DNA of 64,000 nt from positions 4,340,001-4,404,000 of the forward strand of contig CM102283.1 in assembly GCA_046563655.1 (NCBI GenBank). Direction: 5' to 3'. Below, piece by piece: positions 55,062-64,000 of the stretch. The position numbers were made by a program, and so were the translations under genes. Source of the DNA: Yuukianura sp. NJ FZ-2021. Taxonomy: Eukaryota. The stretch's first letter is position 1; every line of letters begins with the position of its first letter. The notes beneath the pieces were generated by a model, which saw only the letters and a program-made list of their open reading frames with translations, had not been told where the DNA came from and did not search any database.

Positions 55062-58000
55062 ACTGAATTCGAGTTGAACTGCAAGAGATGCATCTCTTGT
55101 GCAATTATCTTTTCAGATGGGAATTGAATGCCAATTTTAGAATTGGCTTTCAAAATACTAATGAGGTCCGTGACATACGTTAGGTTTAAGTAGCCAACTA
55201 AAAACTAACGTGACATAGGGTACGTGGAGGACCCTTGACAAGTGACCGCAACGACCGTGGTCAAGTGACACCTTTTCAGGCGACGAGGCACCGTAATTGC
55301 ACATTAAGCAACCACCTTAAAACTACTCACACTCGACGTCCTTTCAATTCCTTCGTAGGCGCACGCGCAAACAGTTTCACAGTCGGCTGAGAACAGTCAA
55401 CAGAAACAAGGCCATATTCGGTTGCACAATCACTCTTACTTTTTGTCACTTTTCCAAAAAAAGCGCGGTTTGACATCAACCACTTCAAATAAAAAAAGTG
55501 AATGGCCGTCAACTGCGTCTCGGCATAGACTTAGGGTCAAGAGCAAAGAAAATTCAGATCTTGGTTAAAGTGAGCCAGTGAGCGTGACCTCGATGGTGAC
55601 CTTTCGGAATTTCTAATCCGACGAGATTATGCAACCCCCTGCTGAAAATTTTTCAGAATTTGCAAATTCGGTGGAATTTATGCACCACATTGAAATTCCG
55701 CCGCCATGTCACGCCACACAGTCTAGTATAGCAACTAAAAGTTTGATTAAGAGCTGAGACGTGGGAAAATTTGAAATTTGACTTTGGCAAATGTAAAAAT
55801 TTGAGACGCTGATTTGAACAAATCAAAATTTTGAACTGTAATCATTTGCATTCGGGCATTATGCATACCCAATGATGATTCATTGTTAAACTCGCTTGAA
55901 AAGTAAAAGGAATGTTATCTCAAAAATTCAAAAATTGCGTGTACATGCAAAATCGGTGACTGTCAAAATCGGGCGGCAAAATTTAAAAAAAGAGCATCAA
56001 TCTTTTTAGTCTGCTGATTTTTTGTCCTGTGCATACGAGTAAAGTGGTTGACGTTTCATGGCTGCAGGAAGGAGAGACAGCATGAGAGCCCAGAAATTGG
56101 TTAATTTGACAGGCGTGGAGACTGTGTGTGTGCTAATTGACATGCGTTCTCTGGAGACTAAAATGCGGAAGTTCAAAGGTCAATCACCCCATGCACATGT
56201 GGAATTAATTCAAAAATGCGGTGGGAACTGTAGTGGGTGGAGAGGTGGGAACTTTATAACAAAAAAAAATTGAAACTACGTGCGAAATCCATGGAGAGAG
56301 GTCGGATTGCAAATAAAATGGAAAGTGCTCAAGGGTAGAGAATGGAGATGACGAGGCACTTTGATCCTCATGCATTTGCTTTAAAAAGTGTGGGAAGGTT
56401 CGACAATCGATGAATTAAGTACCACATTTGCAATTGGAGATGCATTTTATGCCACCCAATCCTCTGACTCACAAAACTCCAATTGATTTGCACATTTTCT
56501 CTTTTTCATAGTTTCCATTTTTAAATACTACACTTAAATTACGTTCCACTTAAGCTCCAATTTCAACCTTTGTTCTTTGCAGTTACCAAAGACGCGATAT
56601 TTCATTTTTCATTCCATCTAAATTTCATTTTGAGAAATTTCAAAAAATTAAACAGCCCCGGGAGGCAAAAATTGAAAAATTGTTAAAAGTCGCAGTCCAA
56701 GTACTTTCACTCAACCAAAAAGTTAAGGAGTGGTGTTATTTATGCTCTGGCTTAAAGTGGACTGTGCAAACTGTGAAATCGCACATCCGCTAACCTTTGG
56801 TTTCACAAATTTCGAAAATTAGCAAGAATTATTGGCACTAATAAAAACTTAATAAATAAAATTTCGAAAAGGAATGACGGACAGAATGACAATCACTGAA
56901 AACCATGAAATGTTTGCTGTTTTTTGGATTTACTGTTTTTTGTTGTTGCTAATTTTTATCAATGAATCCGTTCCAGGTGAGTGAGTGCGTGGATGTAACG
57001 CATGCGCAACAGAACTTTCGCATGTACAAACAAGGCGTCTGATGACCTCGCAGATTTTCACACTCACACAAACCTTCCTCTTCAATTCCTTGTATTTAAT
57101 CCATTACTTTTAAGCTACTCACAAAACAGGAAAAAGAACTATTCGTTCAGGAAGCGTTTTAAACTTTCCAAGTCAACCAATCCAAAATCCCGATTAGAAT
57201 GCCGAGCAAAATTAAGCTAACCTAGAACAATTTAAAATTGAAAAAAAAAGTTAAAAAATTAAAATTGTGTTAATTAAATTGCACAACTTTTGACCCCAAT
57301 CTTTTTGTTTAGTAGTTTATGCGCCATAAATTGGAGTTGTTTTTCATATAGTGCGTTGGATTTGAATTAAAAGTGAGTGGAGATGAGGATGAGCAAGTGT
57401 CTCTTGTCACGTTTTATGGTGAAGATGTGTTTAGAATATTTTGGGGTGTGAGGATGTAACCTAAGCTACGGAGCCATTTACCTTTAGCAACAATATGTAC
57501 TTGATGAACGATGTTTTTTGTACATGTACAACCTCACTAGCATAACAATGTGCAACAATGCAACTACCCACTACGGGGGAATGACACTTCATCCCCCTCC
57601 AAACTCATCTTTTCCCCAAACAAGCTCAAAACCTAACATAAGCTCAACCTATACTCAGAAACGTTTAACTCAACTCTGTTTTTTAAAATATCAAAATTAT
57701 ATAAGCACAAAAACTAGTTTTCTGAAAATACAACTTTTTTTTTTCAAAAAATGACAGAATTTGAGCAAATAAGAATGTGCTTGGAGTTGTGGGATGGCGG
57801 AAACGGAAGTGTGCTGTTGGGTGATGTCAAAATCCTTATGTGTAAATTGACGGGTGAGGTAATCTCAAGTCTTAATTCATTGAGGGCAATCCCAATTCTT
57901 GCAATTCAAGAAACTTCAAGTGCACTTTGAGCCTCATGACAGGACAGCTCCAAAGCAAGGTACATGCGCATGCGCACTCCTCCGAAAAGGTACATGCTCC

Positions 58001-61000
58001 AACTAAAAAGCATGCAGTCTGAGTCCACTTCACAAAATGAATGAAGTGTCCAACGGATCTTGAGAAGATGACAAAAGCAGAAAATTATCAAGAACCAATT
58101 GACGCAAACACTTTTAAAATGCAATTTTTATCAAACGGAAAATTTCTAAACGTCTTTTCCTCTTTTCTAAGATCAGGCGGAAAGACGAACTTACGCAAAA
58201 GACGTCTTTTTTTGAAACATTTTGTGGAAGACGTTAATGTCCTCTTGCAACATACTGTCTAATTTACATAAATTGCGATCTTAAAAATGTCAGTGTCTGT
58301 GCACTTGGACAAGACAACGGAATTAAAAATGTGCAGGAGTTATGACCACTTAGGTCAAAGGTCATGTGGCACTGACATACATATTGCATCATCTCACTCA
58401 TCAACTAGATCATGCAAACTGGAACTGCTTAACATTTTTAGACTCCAGTTTACAAAAATAGAGACAAAAAATAGTCTAAAAGGAGAACGCGGCTCTAAAA
58501 TAAGTCAACCCAACTTGCAAAAATAAGCTTTTTTCACGGTTTGCAAAATCGTTTCCGTTTAAACTCCCAAAAACCTTCCGTATGCTCTGCGCATTCGCAC
58601 ATCATAAATGTGTATTTCAGGCGGATGTTTATGAAAACTCCAATGGAATGAAAAATATAAAAACCAAAAGGAAAATAACTGAAACTTGACACGGTCCATC
58701 TGCTGTTGCATATGTTGAATCCAATGTTACGAAATGTGAGTCAGAAATTTAAAAATGATGCAAAAGTTAAATTGGAAAATGAAATGATTGAAAACTGGAA
58801 TTGAAAAATGAGTAAAATGAAACGATTGTAAAATTTATTTTGTCGAAGTACATGGAATTGGGAAACGATGATTTGGAAGCGTCATGTCAGGATGGTTGCT
58901 CAGTGTTAAGATGTAATCAACTCTTGGTTAATTTTGTACAAAGCAAGGAAAAAACTAATTACACAGATTCATTCTTCGTAAAACCAAAATCCTATTTCAC
59001 AAATTGCCAACTTTAGCCTTCCTCATACCAAAATTTTTAACATTGCGGACGTTATACGTGTGGACGTCATGGACGTTATTTCTTATGCTTGTGGTCATTA
59101 TCGACTTGCGTGGACTGCGTCGTTATTGTTATGAAAAATTATGGACACATTATTGTTATGTTCGACGTTTTGGACATCATGGTTGCTGACGTTACATGCG
59201 GAATGTTTCATCATGAAACATCAAAAAAATTTTCAGCGTCCAAGCAATAACGTCAAGAATAAAAAATAATGGATCTTTCACGTACGTTATTATTTGGAAG
59301 CTGAATTTTTTTTTCTATAATTTCCATTAATGAACTGAAATATTAGATAAACTACCGTATCAACTCTGTTCCTGGAAGCTTTTAGAATTTTGAAAATTGA
59401 TTTTGTGGCTTTTTCCCACGGTCTGAAGAGTTGCGTTGTTATGACTTTGAGAACTCTGGAGATAGAGATAGAATGGAACTTGCTTCGTGCATTTCCTTGT
59501 TCGATTGTCTTCAAGCGTCTCTTTTGACGCTTTTGTCAAAGCAAAGGATATGAAGTTGGTGAGAATAGGACAGATAAGTGTATATCGCTCTCTTCTCCAG
59601 CCTAAAACGCCTTCCCATTCAACCAACATACGCTTTTCAAAAGATTTTGAACAAGTGTCATAATGCCGTTTGAACAGAACGGAGTTCCAGAACAGAAGGA
59701 AGTGATTGATTAAACCAGGAAATGAACAGCTTACTCAGAATGCACTGCTGCAGTATTCTAAATTTAGAACAGCAGATGAACCTCTAAGATGAACAATTTC
59801 AAAAATACTTACTTTTTTGAGTTGAGAGTTCCGATTTCTTTGAATTTTCCAACGACAGTAACGCTACTCACTTTGAATTTATCAAAATTGAGGCTTTGTG
59901 GTACGAATCACTGGAACAGTTTGAGTGGCGTTGGAGTGGGACTGGAGTTGGACTTATAAATGAAGAGTGACGCAAGGGAGTTGTCCCTTGGTCGGATATC
60001 GTCAGATCGGACTTGGAAGTGGAAGGTTTAGTTGACAGTTCGTGGAACAACTTCTGAAGTGTCACTTTTGGATTCGGTAGTGAGTGTGATGACGATGGAG
60101 TCCAGAGGGAGACTGCAAGGGATTGGAGGGTTGGAAGCCCAGGAACAACATTCACTTTGGCTTAAAAGAGGGTGGATTTCCATACCTTTATTCCCATGCT
60201 CACAAAGCATTACATCTCCAATCTCGAGTTACGTTTTCCATTCCAACTACCTCGCTATTCTACTATTCTCCACTCATTTCCGCTCATAACTTCAATTTTA
60301 GTCGATTTTAGTCAGTCAGCAGATGAGAAAACTTTTTTGGTCACTCTACAAGAGAAACTGCAAATTGATTTTAATTATCCCTGCCGGACGTTTCAATCGA
60401 TTTTAGTCACCCAACACTTTTTGTTCAATGTTTAATTGTTCAAAAACTTTGTATTCAATTTTACACTGCCTTAAGATCGATTGCAAGGAATTCATCGAAA
60501 CGTTTTGCTCGATTTTAGTCACTTCAAAAGTCAGTGACTTTTTAATATAATTAGAAGACATTAGCTCCAAAAACTTTTTAATCGATTTTGATTCTAGACC
60601 CGTTACATTTTAAGAACTTTACTTTTTAAGTCGAATTTTAGTGACTCAGGGAATTAGAAACTTTTTAAATTTCGGACGACCTGCGATAGAAACTTTAATA
60701 TCGATTTTGGCTACCAACTTTGAATCGAAAACTTTTTAGTCGAATAGCAGTACATCCTCGTCACATCTACCAGATGCTATTTTTCTCATGTTCAAATAAG
60801 GTTTTTCATTACTTTAATAAATATTATGCTTAATTTATGCATTTGACAAAAAAAAATCAGATTACGTTTTTGTGAGGAAAAAATGTGAAGGAAACATCGG
60901 AACTTTGACACTCAAATTCTAAGAATTTTAAAATTAGACTTATTGTTAGTCTGGAAAAAATTGAAAAATCGCCTGGACTGTTGGAATTGGTGATTGAAAT

Positions 61001-61472
61001 CGAGTGAAACGTTAGTTTTAATCAGAGTGATGTTAACTATGATACTATTGTTGGTTGAGGTGCATTGTTCTGCCGAAGTTTGTTCCGAGTCCAGTATGTT
61101 CCTCTGAAATGCAGGATTTTTTTTATGCTGTAGATGCAGTTTTGGAAGGAGACCAAAGTATGTCCAAGTAAAGAAGAAGGTGAATGGCTTCCACCTGACA
61201 CAATCGATTGATAGTGAATGAATCCAATCTGAGATCCAATTCCATTCTGCGCATGCAAATCACAATCAATTGAACACAGTGTGAATCAGCACAAGTAATG
61301 CTGGAAAGTACTTCCTTAGTTGGAGCGTTGCGTGGCCGTGAGAGGCCCCATGGTACATAGGTCAAGGGGGTCTGCATTCTGCAATTCAGCCGCTGGCTAC
61401 CTTTCCTTCCAAACTGAACCAATCTTGGCAACTGCAACAAACAAAAACAACCACGCCCAACTTACATTCTAA

Positions 61473-64000
61473 ATCACTCCAAAAATATACTTTCAGTTTT
61501 TGAGTTATGCGTTGAACATTTATTATGCTTATTACTATTTATTGTAAAGTTTAATTTAAAATATATTAAAATTCTTAAAATGCTAGTAAAAATTTTAAAA
61601 ACTAATTAAAAAAATAATTCAAATCACATATTAAAACACTTAAATAAAATATGAAATAATGTCAAATATAAAAATAGGAAGGATGTATTTCTGCTTCATG
61701 ATTCAGCAAACTTTTTCTTCTTCGAATTTTTCTTGCAAGTTGCAATTCAAAATCCTCGAGAGGGAGTGCAGCGGACAGGTTCCTATTAAAAAAACGTTTT
61801 TAAATTAGAAAACAGTGTTGAAATTGTTCTACAAAGGCAATTGGCAGCCAATATTTTTTGAAAACTTACGGTTCTGAGCAGAAGTCTCATTTTTTCGTAG
61901 TGGTCCAACGCATAGCCTAAGCTATGGTTCTAAAATCACAAAAAGAAAACACAAATTAGCAAAACTTTAGACAGACATCCACATCTTCTGTGAAACAGAA
62001 TTTTAGTTGGTTAAAAGTTGCATAATTTTTAGGAAAACGATGGAACTTTAAAAAAAGTGGCGAAATGTGTAAATAGCGTTGGATTCTTACGGTCTTCTTC
62101 GTAATCCAGCTTGAGGATGTAGTACTTGATGCATCTTTCTTGGATGAAGCTTCCGTTAGTCTGAAGGTGATTGCGTATATTGAAGACACCGACAACAAAT
62201 TCAACATGGTCGTCGTGTACAATGAATTCATCGTTCCGAATGTGTCCAACGCAATCCAGCTTCCACGCCGCTTCGAATTCTTCCGGTGGACAGTCTGAAA
62301 ACAAAATTTAAAAAAAGTTGTAATTAACAACGTTGCTAAAAGAGTAAGTTTTAAATTCAATAAATAAATTTTAAAATTGAATTCAACATTTTTAAATTGA
62401 GCTTTAACTTGAATTTTAAATGGAAAATCAAAAGTTAACTACAACACTATCCTGAAATCAGTTTCAGAATTTTGTCTTAAACTTTTACTCCGATTAACAA
62501 AAATGAAGATAAGGCAATAAAGTAGACTGTGACTTACAAGGTTCATTTTGTTGCGGAAAGTGATCGATAAATATTTTGAACCCTTCCTGCAAGTAGACGC
62601 AGAAACTAACTTCTACTTTCCTTTCCGGTTCCAGTGGCATTCCTGGTTGGTGAAATGGAATAAGCTTGCCGATATACATGATTTAAGTTGTTACTTTTTC
62701 AAAATTTGAAAACTCAAAGAAGGTTTTAAAATATGTTGTGGTTTTTGAAATTGTGAGGAAGTAATGGCCAAGTCCTTGTCTTTTGGAGGTGAGACTGAAA
62801 CTGAATTTTGGAAGTGACACGGAAGGTGATGAGGGCTACTTAAAAAAAATGTGAACATCTCTTCCACTTTTAGAATCTGGGGAAGGAAGGGGGGCCCTTC
62901 AAGGGTCACTTGCTTTGTTTTAACTTCCGAGGAAAGGATGTTGGTTGTGTGGTTTCAAAATTAGCACGTAAAAACTACCCGGTTTTTTGGAAAGACAAAA
63001 GAGAGGGAAGGAAACCGATAATTTGCGGAAGAATTTGTAAAATTAATAGTAACATGTATTAAATTTTCCAAAGCTTAAAATTTATATATATTCCTACGAA
63101 GTTAAATATTCGAGTCATGCATGTTCTAAATGTTGTTGAAATGATTGCTTTAACTAAAAGCTACTGATGAAATCATTCTTTTGATGAAAATGAAAATTGA
63201 AAAATGAAAATGAACACGACAAATCTATGGTTTTACGGTTTCAACGTCACTCCAAAAATATACTTTCAATTTTTCGCTTTATGTTGTGCTGAATATTTAT
63301 TGTAACGACTAATTTAAAATTTATATTAAAATTCTTAAAATGAATACAATATATAAAATTAAGTCTTTTATATAATTAAAATCAACTCTTAAAAATACAG
63401 ATAAAATATGAAATAATGCTAATTATAAAAATAGTAATGAAGTATTTCTGTTTAATAATTCAACAACTTGTTTCTTCCAATTTGTCTTGCATCTCATAAT
63501 CCTCGGGAAGGAGTGCAGTGGACAGGTTCCTATTAAAAACATTTTTAAGAATTAGAAAACAATGTTCTAAATTGCTGTATAAAGGCAAATGGGACTTAAT
63601 ATTTCTGCAAACTTACGATTCTGACCAGAAGCCCCACTTTCTCAAAGTGTTCCAGCGTATAGCCCAAGCAAAGTTCTAAAAACAAAAAGAAAACATGAAT
63701 TAGCAAAACGTTGGACAGACTTCCATATTGAAGAAGCGAAATTTCAGGTATTCATAAGTTAAAAATGTTTTGGGTGAAAAAGATTTTTAAAATATGAGAA
63801 ATGTGTAAATGGCATTGGATTCTTACGGTCTTCTGCGTAATCAATGCACGAGGCTTCCATTAGGCAGTGGGTGATGGCGAACATTGTGAACGGCAACTAC
63901 AAATTCAACATGGTCGTCATGTACAAAGAATTCGCCCTTCTGGATGTGTCCAACGCAATCCAGCGTCCACTCTCCGAGTTCAACTGGTGGATAGTCTGAA
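61473..64000 (-). pseudogene. two tandem paralogous multi-exon gene fragments of unknown family, probably degenerate
   Basis: ~61473-62300 is duplicated at ~63247-64000 with matching splice sites. They share exon peptides such as WxLDCVGHI...DDHVEFVV and EDRKNP, and frameshifts are present. Confidence 0.5.

Noticed and set aside
55100-61000. Many short ORFs in the 55-61 kb interval
   Set aside because: AT-rich with no recognisable homology. Probably intronic or upstream regulatory DNA of the mucin-like gene; a possible 5' exon near 59812 could not be supported.

Overview
This is gene-dense eukaryotic DNA, AT-rich with short GT-AG introns. It is most likely from an arthropod or hexapod, judged from insect-like NDUFB1, fascin, Mlc2 and aveugle sequences and TTAGG runs; the species cannot be fixed from sequence alone. 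Recognisable genes are a DH-PH RhoGEF-like gene (3' part), a multi-C2H2 zinc-finger gene, a secreted 6-Cys defensin-like peptide, a C19orf47-type SAM-domain gene, Sec61alpha, TBC1D8/9, NDUFB1, fascin, Mlc2, aveugle and a SEA/EGF mucin-like type II membrane protein. Many non-autonomous DNA transposons are interspersed (GG-ended MITEs with 8-bp TSDs, a TA-TSD MITE, DINE-1/Helentron-like elements). Four observations stand out. (1) A spliced 51-aa transmembrane micropeptide ORF, absent from the ORF track, lies directly upstream of NDUFB1 and is duplicated by a 564-bp-arm palindrome followed by 257-bp tandem copies. (2) An intron-containing, in-frame chimera joins polyubiquitin, a PMCA Ca-ATPase fragment and an unknown sequence. 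(3) An in-frame HMG-box::internally deleted Hsp70 chimera sits beside a truncated acylphosphatase. (4) A perfect small palindrome overwrites an Mlc2 exon end. Exon boundaries were read by eye and family calls rest on recalled motifs, not on database searches. Several frameshifts could be assembly errors.
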